64,000 bases of DNA from the NCBI GenBank assembly GCA_040954595.2, contig CM082579.2, positions 3,771,227-3,835,226 on the forward strand, read 5' to 3'. Each line of letters starts with the position of its first letter. Positions within the stretch are counted from its first letter, which is position 1. Below the pieces are notes generated by a model. The model did no database searches. It worked only from the letters and a program-made list of their open reading frames with translations, and was not told the DNA's origin. The position numbers and the translations under genes were made by a program. This DNA is from Balanoglossus misakiensis (Eukaryota; Animalia; Hemichordata). Shown here piece by piece: positions 1 to 13,600 of the stretch.

Positions 1-3000
1 AATAGGGGAATGAAAAAATGTAAGAAAATTTGCAGATCACATTATAGTATAAGGAAGTGACTCATGAACACAAAGAGGATTTTATGTAAAAATTGTCAAG
101 GATGCTTAATCTACATGTACATATGAGTGTCAAGAACAAGAACAATGTGGCCACCATATTGTCACCGTTACATGTTTGGCATGATTTTTCTGCGTTTCAG
201 TGTCAGCTTTGTCAGACCCTCCAGTGATAAACGCTTTGATTGGTATTAGGTTGAACTCCATTTAGGTGCAAGAGTATATCTACTTTCCATAATTAGAAGT
301 CAGTTGCTCTGAGGGTTTCTCGACGTTGGTGTGAGAGCTTCAGGTCGGAGGCCTGTTCCGCTCACAACCCATGTCGCTATACACGTGGTGTCCAACTCTG
401 TTAAAACCCCTCCACTCGTAATAACGTCGGAGTAACTTACAGCCCCCTCGCTGTCTACATATTGCCTCCTGTTAAAACTAAGTCTATCTCAGCTGGGCAC
501 GATCGGTAGCCTGGGGAAGGGGTTTGCTATGCGATGCCATGTTGGCTCATGTCCTCAGTTTGAGGGCATCAGTGTGTATGTGTACAGAGAACCAGACAGA
601 GTTGGAAAATATAAGTGTCAGAGAGCTAGTCCACAGTTACATGTATGTGCTTGGTGAGATTTTTATCCATTTTGGTGATGATGGCCTTCTTATGCACAGA
701 TTCAAAACTTTTGTGGTTTCTGTGGCACTGGTCCATTCTCAGTTCTTGCAACTGTTTCAGTACACAGATCCCTCACTCACCATTTTAGTTTCTGATATAT
801 ACACATGTTCGTTTCCTGCCTTCAATCACATAAATTTCCAAATGACCTCTGAGAGTACCTCCACAGTTTCTCTTCTCCACACTAACTTGATCTCTGTCCA
901 TATTATTTATTGACCTTGGTCAAGTCTATAGAGATCCAACTCAACCGAATTCCATTAAAACTCTCGTAATGAATATGAGTGTCTTAAGTAACAAGATCAA
1001 ATGCAAGGTTGGTATGTCCATCTGTTTGCAATAAGTATCAATGATCAAGTCCAACTGGAAAGTTGACGTATAGACTTGCCAGGGCATCCTTTTAATCATT
1101 GATATCAAGTTGATCAGCATTCTTTCTTGCCGGGTTCATTCATTGAGCAAACTGCAAACTGTCTCCTTTCGACTTTGCACCAGGAAGGTCTAGAGGGGAC
1201 CAAGCTTATATCCCAGAAAACTGACAGGAGAGTCGCGCTTGTATGGCTTCAGAAACAGCTTCCAATTTGAAATCAAGGGTACGGCGCTCCTTGACCCCGT
1301 GACCTTTGGCGGTGAAATGATGAAATCATGAATGAACAGGCTTCTGCTGCTATCAAAAGTGTCACTGAGAGTCAAAGAGCGCAAAAATCCATTGTTCAAA
1401 TTATACGATTTTTATGAAGCCCCAAAAGTGCTATCAAAATTTTGATACAGTTTAGTAGAGAAATGTATCTGTGCTAGAGGGACTTTTTACCCGGTTATTA
1501 AAGACAAGCCTGTAAAAGAGACAGATGATAATGACAAAAATAGGTACTACCCACTAAATTCAAATAAAACTGACTATCACATTCAGTCTGACTGTGTGGC
1601 AGATTACTTCTCCCAAGAAATAAATTACCAGCCTTGCCAATGTTGACGGGTCAAGTTCACTCTCATAAAACAGAGAGCAGATGTGTTTGATATCTGAGTC
1701 CTGACCCAAAGCCCGGTCTTGCAACAAGTAAAACCAACATACATAAGACTGTACAACAGTTGTATACACACAAACACACACATTCATTTTATATTCTCAC
1801 ATTTGCATTCACACCCTGACATTGGCATACTGTAATAGAGATAAATACAAGGTTGACAGTCTTAATTAATGAGCTTCTCACAAACTTCTTACACTAAACC
1901 TACCTAGGACACTCAATTAATTTTGCTACAACACACACAAGAGAGTCATTTGCCCGACATATTTAAACCTGGAGAAAAGTTCGCCTGAACTTTCAAATAT
2001 AATCCACAGAACTAACAGCAATGCAGTTTTACATATTAAACACTCCTGATTAAGATGTTTACAATTGTGATGACTTAAAACTGCTCCAATATTCAACTAA
2101 ACACCCCACGCCTTTAAATTTATCTTAATCCAAGTGTGTGTACATGAGCTCTGGGCCTAGCGTGTCAGGACAAAAAAAAAATACAAGAATTTATCTTTAT
2201 TAGTAATGATACACTGGTTTTAGTTTAAGTAGTAAATCACATGCCACATTTGCTCAGTCGGAATAAAACACCTGAATCCATACATAATTAATGCCGTGGG
2301 GAGGGAAATGATTATGGCAGTGAACTTGTGTACATTTTATAGTCCTCTACTCACATCCCAGATGCTGTGCTGACGATTCAAAACTGTTTTACACAAATGA
2401 CCAATTTTGCCAATTTTTAGTATTATCTTGGTGACTTTTTCAATTTCAGATGACATAACTGGTGACATTCAGTAGTTTTTAATAATAATAAACTAGTTTT
2501 TGTAATATAATTCTCACCTAATACATGTACTTCAAAATCTTCCTTTGGTTTTTAATCCGTAAAATTACATGTACATCTCTCACAACATAAATAACTTCTC
2601 ATGAGGAGCGAACATGACCTAAATATCATCCACTGGATTATGGCCTTAATTCATCCATCCCACCAATTCCCACCTGTGCAATTTGTCTGGAAAGAACCTG
2701 CACATCTAAATTATTACTGTGTTTCCACATTCATTGTTTTTTTTATGTATCAACTGTTTGATAAGAAGCTATCATCACCTGCATTGTTGATGCAAGTGAA
2801 GATTCAATGTTTGCAGAGAAGCATAGAGAAGTTACGGAGGGTGGATGTAGATGACGATGGAGAAAAATGGGTACAGAAACAACTGGTGAGGGAAAACAGA
2901 ACATAAAGACACAATGTCTCGTCATCGATGATGATGAGGGTAGGAGGTTGAGGAAGGACATCATGGTGACTGTGTAAGAGGGAATTTAAGCTTCACCTGA

Positions 3001-3339
3001 CAGTGTCGGCTATGTTTCAACTTTGCCATGACTTGGACACTCAGAAAGGGTCCACTCACAATACATGTACCTGTACACACACCCAAACTCGCAGGATACA
3101 CCTGTCTGTTACAGTTGCCATGGCATTCGCACAAACTTGGCCAGAGCCAGCCTGTCCATAACTCAAGTCTTGGGAAAACGGAGAGGGAGAGAGCGAAAAA
3201 AAATTACACACAAGCACAATTTACACACACATGCAGCCACCTGCTACCAAAGAGGATAATATCACCACATTAAATGATTTAGAAACATGTCAGATATTAC
3301 ATGTGTATATTAATCCTTGAAACATCCAACCACACCAGT

Positions 3340-3622
3340 TCCCAGCTGTCTCGAGTAATTGATGGCCGCTGCATGTAAGCTGGTTGAGTGAAATATGCCT
3401 GATAACTATACGCTTCAAGAGTACATCAAAGTACATTTGTCTTTTTGAAATGTAATGGAATCTGTTCCGGCGGCCATATTTGATCATAACTTGAAATAAT
3501 TTGGCATGCACATGGACATTTCGGAGTTCGTCTCCGAACAGGGTGGACAGACAGACAGACGGACAGACAGACAGAGACCAAATCCATTAGTCCCAATGTG
3601 GACTTCATCTGAAGGAACTAAA
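3340..3622 (+). mobile_element. Non-autonomous DINE-1/pearl-like (Helentron-associated) element remnant
   Basis: GGCGGCCATATTTG core motif, (ACRG)n microsatellite at 3547-3575, then a ttagtccc...ggaactaa terminal inverted repeat and an A tract. This layout is typical of HINE elements in marine invertebrates. Confidence 0.5.
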
Positions 3623-5405
3623 ATAGCCAAAAGTTACTGTGATAGAGCTCTAGCAGAACGTTTGTTTTCACCTTTATGTCATCATTGTACATTTGGAAAT
3701 TACCATTTCCATATTATATATCATTGATGACCCCAACATTCGTAAACCTCTTTATTTTTTTATTTTTCAAGCAGTTATTTATTGCCAAATAACCATAAAA
3801 CTTTGACAAGAATCTCGGTTTCCAGATATCTGACACACTACCTTTGGCTGCGAATAAGAAATAACGCTCGGCCCGAGTTTTAATGTGTGCCACACTGTAC
3901 AAGATGGGTTGATTGCCGGGTTAAATTACAGTCTTAGTACAAGTTGATGAATGATGGCAACTGTCACATTCAAGGGCAATCTATGTAATTACTATTTGGC
4001 AAAATGAACAACGTCATCTCATGCATAAAAATGGACACAGGGATTTTCAACCCTTACATCGGCACTGTTTCCAAAACCGACCACCTTTCAGTCTAAAATC
4101 GGCACCAGATCGCCCCGTTTAAAGAAGCACTCTCTTGACCAGTTGTCTTCAAAACTCTCGACCGAAAAAATGGGTAAAAACGCGACCGACCTTGAGACGA
4201 AATTACACCAACAACTGCAGGGTCATCCCCACTGGACTTGATAATGAAAATAACTTTTACTGCATGAGCACGCATCTGCTAATCAAAAATATTTCTTTCG
4301 ATCAGATATGTAACGGAGGATCTCTTGCATTTTGTCCCAGGAAATTGAGGCCATCACGATTAATTTCCAAATGGGATTGTTAATTTCATTTTTTTTTCTC
4401 ACAAGAGCGGTCGACTCCTCTGCCATGAGATGTGATTTCGACTGACTAAAAACTGAGATAGACATCTTTGCTTTCAATGTCATCATTGATTATAGTTTGG
4501 TGTGCTATTGTGCGGGAGTTATTTGGATGCTCCGGCAAAGAGACGGCTCAGTTTGCACGCTATGCATCAATTTTACATCAGCAGTTTGTAATTGCAGGCT
4601 CTGTGTACTTTTGTTCTCTCGCACAGTAACCGTGGCTCAATGGACCCCATTTCAACAATTGCTGCATGTCTAAGTTGGTTGCTCACAAAAGGCATTAGCG
4701 TTTCCCGCACGCTATCTGCCGTAGTCGAGATTTCTTCCCAGACATGTACATTTTTTATTGATATTCTTCGCTTTGTTCATATCACTGAAATAATCATCAA
4801 TGAAGTCATTCGCAAAATATGACAGATTCCCACCCAATTGAGAATACATGTTGTAATATTCCAGTCAAGCTGATATTCCGGTGTGTGTGTCATCCTTGAC
4901 ACCATCTTTGCTCTCAACTAAAACTCACACATAAACATCCCACAGGAAACTATAAACCTGTGTACAGTCAACAAGGTGAAGTTAACACCCAAAGCCTTAC
5001 ACTACAGTACATGTAATATACAGGTACATGTATACCTCTTCCTATTGGATTTCGACTAAGTGTTTGCTAATTTCCGGAATGAACAGGTCACACAAAAGGG
5101 AAACAACAAGAGTTACCCAAGCACCATGTCCACAACCAATAATGGGAAATTTCAAACAGTGTGTCCATTAAAAAGTTATCAGCTCCAACAATATGAAACT
5201 ACTACATGTATAAATTCCCTCACACTCTTTTCTGTTGACATGCTCTAATTGTGTTTTGTGCGAGACCACCATCGTGATCTTCATTTGAAATGATGTTACA
5301 TGCATGTCTTGCCTGATAATAAATCAAACAATAATTATGACAAAATTACACTAGAAATAGGTCGCCACGCATTGCCAATTGTCATCAATTAACAAAAGTG
5401 CACCA

Positions 5406-5432
5406 CAGTACAGTACAGTACAGTACAGTACA
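5406..5432. repeat. (CAGTA)n microsatellite
   Basis: Five perfect units, read directly. Confidence 0.9.
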
Positions 5433-7562
5433 TCAGTGCAGGACAGTACACCACCTAAGACACGAACACCACTGGAGAAGGGCTGCCTCAGCACCACACA
5501 GCAAATGATCAAAATGTCAAGAATCCACACAAGAGTCGTCTGACACCCCTCGGACATATTGTCACTTTAATCAATAACTGACACTGCACAAAAAAATAAA
5601 TGACACCCCGCAATAACACAAGAAAATGATCAATGGCACACAACAAGGGAGACTGACAAAAAAGTCGAGGCGTCCATTGTGCCCGTTATTAACTGTTGCT
5701 GGTACAATGAATGTTTTGTTCATTTCTATCATTTTAACGTTCTTGCTCCACACACGAGTTGGTTTCCTGTCAGTGCTATCGTCCACGTTTCATGGTGCTT
5801 TCATTCTCCGAGGCAATAGTTACAGGTGTACGCTTTCTGGTATTTTTTCCTCTCTTTTCCTCAAAACACACTCGAGTACGCATGTTAAGTAGCAAATTAG
5901 ATATCCCACATAAACATTCTCTGCACTGAGACAGGGAGGAGGAGGAATAGGGGACTAAAGTACAGGACTCGCTATTCTGAGACACAGATGACGACAGCCC
6001 CACAAACAGGTGCTGCTTTTCACATTATTAAAACTATATGATTAAAACGAAAACTTCTCAACTGAGTAAATTTCATTGCCGTATATCCAATTCTAATAAC
6101 CTCTTGATGAGGATTATTATTAACACTGCAAAAAATTTAATATCCGATGTGTACATAATGTAATGTACACTCGTCCCTTTGTGGGGCAGTCAATTAAAAA
6201 CATGTATTGAAAAATAAAAAATTGCACACCTCAAGGCATAGAATCCCCCGAGTATAAATCTCACACATTCCTTTCAAACTTTACCATTAACATTTCTTTC
6301 TTTGAATTCCAAGTCTTTTTTTCCATATATGAGTGGTCAATACACAATACAATGTTACGGAGCTGCAGAAAACATTTCTTTCTTCAACTTCTGAAAAGCT
6401 GATTTGGGGGGAGAGAGAGAAACACACTGAGAAGAAATTAATTAAAATTGCCCAGGATATGAAGAATATTAAAAAGAGCATTAAGAAAGAAAGAAAAACA
6501 AGATGAGAAATTGTGGGTGGTTGGGTTTGAATGCGGGCTAATCCCATTGAGAAAACGGCCAGCTGTTTGGTTTGTGCTATTCCTTAAGTAACTAGATGAA
6601 AAATGCATTATGAAACAGATACTGCTGTTGATCGGAAACATTATCATCCAACATCAAATACCTGACTGCCAATATTTGTTCAAATTGCCGATTAAAACTA
6701 AACATGCTCTTGAAGATGACTCGCGAGTTTTTTTACTCCACTGTGTTTTCAGTTCCCGCCAAGCGTGGCATCATTACCACGGGCGCTCTACTGTCTCTCG
6801 AACTCCATTGGTTCGCATCTGTCGTCAGATCAATTCCGGCCATGCACGCATGTTTGGATGTTGATCAAATTTCAAGAGTCTTTTTCAAGATTTGCCTGTC
6901 TCCAGAGGTCTTTTACAATCTGAACGAGCCCCTACTGAATTTTCAAGTGCATCGAAATCAAGCAATAACTTGGAACGCAAATACACACACAACGAAAAAC
7001 GAACTTGTTCTAGTCTCAGTAGGATTTTTCTTCAAATGACTTTTTTGCTGGTATTCAATAACTGGGTACTTAATGATTTAGAAATTGTATCAGCCTCATG
7101 TACTTTAAAAAATACTGGGTATCGTACAATTTGATTATTGGCAATTTCATCACAAAGGGTGGCGTCGATTGGCTGGGCGAAATTCAATGACCGATCAGCG
7201 TCCAATGACTGACGGCTCTTCTGTCTATTGCCACTGTTCAATCAGTGGCCACTCTTTGGTCATCAGCCCAAGTTCAATGACCTGCAACCATTTGTGTAGA
7301 CGGCTTAACGTAGCTGTACCTTTGGCAATTTTCTCAATCATTCATTCTTGTTCTCCAAGTACATTTGTATATCAACTAGTTCCTTGTTCTCCTTTGGGCA
7401 AGATGCAACACTCTTTACTTGTCCCACAAACTTGGTCGATAATGAGACACAGATGGTTGTCATGGTGAACATCAGCATTTAAACAGTCGAAAACTGTAAC
7501 TGTGCGAGTTTTTTGTGTGCAGTGTATTCACTGGAGTTAGACTGCCTCATCCAGTTTTTGTC

Positions 7563-7611
7563 TGAATGAATGAATGAATGAATGAATGAATGAATGAATG
7601 AATGAATGAAT
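7563..7611. repeat. (TGAA)n microsatellite
   Basis: About 12 perfect units. Confidence 0.95.
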
Positions 7612-10600
7612 TAACAAAGGACTGCAAATGTAACAACCACAGGGAAAACCTTTGCAACAGACTGTTACTAGGGAAACATAAAAATTAACTTCCATAAAAA
7701 TGACATTTTATGATAACAGACTGATGTACTCAGTCATAAGCAACTTGTACTAATCCCTACTACATTTGTACATAAAGTCAGGAAGCTAGAAATTAAAAAT
7801 ATTTAATAGCAAGGATAAGTAGGCAGAAAAGATGACCTTGAAATCAAAGTAAATTAATCACCAGAATATTAGCACAGTCAACAACCGGTAAATAGTCTGC
7901 AGCAGATTTGGTGTATCGTTGCCTTAGTATCAGTTTGAGAATTTAAAATTAAAAATACTGCCATTCTCATTTTTTCACAATCAGGACACTGCCCTCTAAC
8001 ATGGTCAGTTTTTCTAATCATGTTCCATGGATACTTGAAGTTTAGTTACTTTTACATTAAGGGCAATGATGATCTGTTCATATATACCCGACAGGCTTTT
8101 CTTATACATACAGATCCACGTCTTAATGTCAGCACATTTATAAATAAAACCATTTAAAAATCAATCAAAATCTATCAAAATGAAGTGGGAGTTAACAATT
8201 CATGTTTTTTTTTTTTCAAAAAGAAATTTCTACTCCTGTAAGAGTAAAGAACCAACATTACCCAACTCCACAGATTCCAATTTTTTGAAGATTGGGACTT
8301 TGTCTCTCGCAATCACCTTCAATTCTTTAATTCAATTTCCCATTTGAAAAATTACATACTTTATTTACGTTTAAGTCGCGGCACCGCGTACTTGAAAGCC
8401 CTTGTCGTCGAACACTCGAAGTCTCCATGTTGATTTCACTCACTAGCGGATGCGACATTTATTGCTGGCGTGTCTGCCGACCATCTTCACCAGTTAATTT
8501 CATTTTTCAAGATGCGAGAGAAAACGCACCATATTCACAATCGCTCTAATTTCTTTCTCGGAAAAACCCCCAAATCTGCATACTGGGAAACGCTTCAAAA
8601 CTCGCACCGCCTTAACACCACTTAGGATTAAAACTTTGAGACAGTACAATAGAAAGAGAGAGAAGAGAGAGAGAGAGCGAGAAAGAAAAAAAAATCATTT
8701 GTATGAGATTTGGTTCAGTGAGAGATTTCCGACTTTTAAAAAGCACGGGCTACCACCTGCCCGCTTTTTTTGTACAGGGTCCTTTCAGTGTCTTAATTGG
8801 GCGTATTACATTACAAATTAAAACACACTCAGAATAAGATCTGTGTTCATTTCTGAAGCCTGCGAAGAACTCCACAGCTAACAAAGGTATAGGGAGATAC
8901 GTACTCTGCAGAGGGGGAAAAAAAACTTGTATTTTTTAACTCGGGCCCAGATGGGAGTCTTAATAGAAACACCCTGCAGTCATCTTCATTGGGGAATTCT
9001 GGAAAACTCGCGCAAATACAAGGTGGAAACTCGTATAATTGGTATTTAGGGTTCCCTTATTAAGGCAACCCCCCCCCCCCTCCCCCCTAAAAAAATGAAA
9101 CAAATAGAAAAAAACTGCTCTAATGAGCTTTGCTTCTCTCTCAACCCTATTGTTACATGTTTTTCCGCTACACTGGGCAGATGTTCTGTACAACGCTGGC
9201 AAAGCCCAATCCATTAAGACTTTTTAGCACTCTCAATTGTTACTCTTTTCACAGAATACATTTTGACATTTTAAATTTTAAATGGTCTTCGCCAAAAGGG
9301 GATTTTGGAGGGGGGTCTGTTACAACTGTTTTATTTTTCTACCAGCAGACTCAAAGTCTAGGCGAGCACAAAAGAAGCAAATCTTTTTCGGTGAACTGGC
9401 GGGCCGGGAAGGGCAAAAAATGTTAAGATGTACCAGTAGTGCTAGCGATCTCTGTTTACTTTGGTTTCAGTTTTAGCTATTTATTTTACAGTACCTGCTA
9501 AAACATGTGGAGCCATGTACTAGTATGTCCTCATGAACTAAGGATACTGTTCAGTATTTTCTCTCTCTGTCACTGCAGTCAGCTTTCACATTCATTGTCA
9601 ATGCAACTGTCAATAGTTGAAATTGTTGTCAGCTCAATTGAACAGGTTATCAATTGACTGCATTTCTCGCCTCTGAAAGAAATGTGCACACACACACAGT
9701 ACAATGAAAGATATTCACGACAAAATGAACACAGCACTGTTGCAACAAGAAGAAAAAGGTGGTCAGGGAAAACTTTTTAAGAATGTCTTTCACGCCATAC
9801 TCGCCGATTCTGCAAAAGATCACAATGATTGAAGATCACTTCTCATGCATGGTTTCGCACAGGTCTTTCAGAATGCCTGCATTTCAATGTTTTCTTGACA
9901 TTTTTTTCGTGTTTACCGTCGACTCGCGTATACCTCTGACACCGAGGGAAGCAAGTTCAAATTTGTGTGCACAGGTCAAAGCTAATATCCTGGGAACACG
10001 CCCCGAAGCATAGCAAAGCGTTGGCTGTCACGCAGTGAACAATGTCTGTTTCTATTGGTTGTCTGCCATTGTGTCTAACGTACTGGAAACAATAACGCTC
10101 TCACGAAAGACGAGAGCATTTTCTGTCATCACGGTTCGGTGTTCTTGGACATACACTGAACGTTTTATAGACTGTGCAAAAGATGAATGTAAGTTTCAAA
10201 ACTATTTTCATAATCTAATAATAAATGATAAATTTTATAATCAGATTGTCCGGAAGGGGCATACACTTGGGGTCATTTTCTTGGGGGAGGGGAGGGGTGA
10301 CTAGCTGGGACGTACTGTGTTGAGCCCTGCTGCTAATCTTCTTGTCCTACAAACCAGGCTGGTAAAACAGGAGTTAATCAGATGGCAAACACAAACAGAT
10401 ATTGTAGCTGAAGAGGGGCCATGGCCGGATTTCGGTCCACTGTTGGTATCACTAAGCCAGGGAGCCACAGTCTGCAGCAGAATGGGTTGGGGGGAGGGGG
10501 TGAGGAGACTTATAGTTAAAATGGCACACTCAATAAAGCCGAGTGGAAGCAGCTTGCATTTCATGTAAAAAGACACACAGATCAGATAATTAAACACGGG

Positions 10601-13600
10601 TAACACAAAACTGCGGGCAAAAAGAGATTACGGGGAAGGGGAGACTCCGTGACCCAAGTCGGAAAGCACACACTAATTACGGCCGCGTATTAGAAGTGAA
10701 ATATGAACAGCCGTACAATTACACTTGTTTCAAGCTGAGACGGATAACTTCGGAGGAGAGAAAAGAAAATGTCGATTCTAATGAGCTTTTTGACTCTGAA
10801 GTGCAACGTTGTGAACGCACAAAAGATCATACCATCATCAGGCTGAACGATAGAGTTTGAAAATCGGGGCACAATCGTATCCCAGAATGCTAATGAATTC
10901 CCAGAATTCTTCAGGTACAACAAGGAGGGCACAACAGGAAGTCAGTTGAATTTTCCATGAAAATACTTCAGCTCTGTCTAAGAAAATCAACTCTTTTTGT
11001 AAAATATTTTTTTAAATTAACACATGGCCACCTGAGTTGGCATTTTGTTGGTCAAGTGAGAAACAAACAGTGAAACATTTCATTGACATTAATCAGAGTT
11101 TACATACCGGCTGACTAATTAACCAATATGACTGTGGACACTCCTCTTTCAGCCAAAGTAAAGATCAAAGAAGCTTGTGAAACAGTGTACAAATACATCC
11201 TGCAAACTATTCCGAGTCCCCATAGTGACAAAGATATGAACACAACAAAAAATAATATTCTTAAAATGTTTGTCTTCTAAATTTGATAAGTTTTCTAATG
11301 ACTCAATCTGAAGAGCAAACACACGGCCAGGGAATAATCTTTCTGCTGTCTAAAAAATCTGCCAGCTCAATATTGGCTTTAGATAAAGCTATCTCTACAG
11401 CAATTTAACAAATGTTGAAATTATATTTTTCTCTGTTTTGCCAGTCAATACAGAGATTGGAAAGCTGGCAGTGGCTATTTGCATGTTGATTTGCACAGAT
11501 ATGAATAAAGTGAACGTGAAACCGATTCTGTATTCACAGCCGTGCAGTGCACTTCTCATGTGAGACGGTGCAACTTATAGTTCCAGTTTTGTGGAATGAT
11601 ATAACTAGCCACGTTTGATCACTTTCTGTCGTATATCGTAATTCATTTTTCTTGTGCAGCTAACTTTGTTTGTCATCATATGCAATGCATGCAATGAGGC
11701 AAGCTTTTGCGTGTTCTACATTTGTGATTAATTAAAGACGCATACTAATGACTATAAGCTCTCAAGTACATTAGCATGGACTTGATACCTGCACAGGTCA
11801 AGTTTGTTAATACTAGTAACAGGTTCTGTGTAAAACCACAGAGCCAGATACGTTTATTTCCCCCTAGATGTTGCAACCAATTTCTCACTTGAAAAAAATA
11901 ATCAGCAAAGTTGCAACCTGTGTGCCTTGCATCTGTCATTAAACAAAACTGACAACTACGTGTCATTGGTGATGCACTGATGTCCTTGTTCAGACAAAGA
12001 CAGAGCCAATGGTTTAAAACGTTCTCAAAGTGGGACACGTACGCAAGAGGAAAGATGCAACCCAACCTAAAACGAACTCCAACTTCCTGTTCCTGTGATA
12101 GTGTGATCCCGGCCTGGTCTGGCGAGAGAAAAAAACGTAAGCTGACACGCAAAGACCTGGCGAGATTAGAGGACCTTAATGAATTACTTATTTCACACAT
12201 TCACACATGGATGTTTTAATACCTACACTTGAAAATGGCTGCCTGAAACACCAAGGTGGTGACTCGAATCACGGGCCAGTTTACTCCAAAAATGTTTCGG
12301 TTGAGAGGAATGAAGCGTCCCCGGTCAAGTCCACGTTTATTGTTCAAACACAACATTCTCCGCGGTCGGATTTTTCTCACAGATAAAACCTGGAATCCAA
12401 GGAATGGCCGAGCAGACTAATCAATGAACATCTACGACATCCCACTTGAAACAAACACCCAAAGCATTTTTTTCCCAGCAACTTCTGTTTGTGACAGGCC
12501 AAGTTCAAGATACCAGGGCTTATCACAATTCCCACCGTTTCCAGATCTCGTAAATTGTTATTTTTTTCCCCGAAGTCTGCTGTTCTCCAGGAAATCTACC
12601 GAGTGTATCCTTATCAAGGAAGGCAGTCTTACTTCCATGTTGCGAATAAATAATCCATCATTCCCACTATTTGTAGGATCTCTAGAATTTTTTGTTCAAT
12701 TTTGACATGCCACATGATTTTAATTCAAGTCAATTATCATCACCATGGGTGTTCAGCAAATAAAAAACAGTACAAACATTCTTTTTCAGTTGCTAAAAAA
12801 TCTTACTTTTCTTTCCTGTTTTTACCTTATCCATATATAAACAAAAATACTTTTTTCTCTCCATTTTCTGAGAATTTCTCTTCATTTCCTCTTTTCACAC
12901 AAACCTCTTAAAAAGTTTGTGTCAAATTCTCCCGTCTTTTTTTACTATTCCGGTCACTAATTGAGCCGAGTGTCCGATGAATAGCAGGAGACAACAGCTG
13001 GATAGGTGATCCACAACCGAAAAGACTTCAATTCAAAACAAGAAAAAGAACTCCATTCACAACTTGTAATTGTAAGCTTCAAATGAGAAAAATCCAATAG
13101 GTGCCCCACTCGAAACACTACCCTAACTCGAGGCTATGCCGCTTTGTTCCTGACAAGGCTTCGTTATTTTCTCCCAATCTCGCTCCTATTTCTTCTTTTT
13201 TTCACCCACAACAAAAAACTTACTCATGCAAGAACAGGGCTAGATATTCAGAAACCGCTATTGTAAATCTCTCTCGGTAAATGTCTGTATTTTCCATCCA
13301 TTCCCCCTCTTTTTTTCCACACAATGGTGAACATGCTTTCTATTTGATACACACGTACACATGTGCTTCTCGTCAACCTTGGGAGGGAAGTCTGAGGGAG
13401 GAGGGGGGGGGGGAAGGCTGGAGAGTTGGATCGAGACAGCTTGAAGACAACCAGCGAGGGAAATCTCTGGTATTTACTAAAGCCTCCGTTTATATTTGTT
13501 CATTTGACATGGCAGTTTAAGGCCACATTTAACGACAATGACAGCCACGTCTATATTTCACGCCCTGGTCTCTGCCAATGTACATTTCACACAGTTTTTT

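Noticed and set aside
520-1400. Coding-like degenerate stretch on the minus strand (possible transposon relic)
   Set aside because: Multiple stops and no RT, transposase or other motif I can recognise; needs BLASTX/RepeatMasker.
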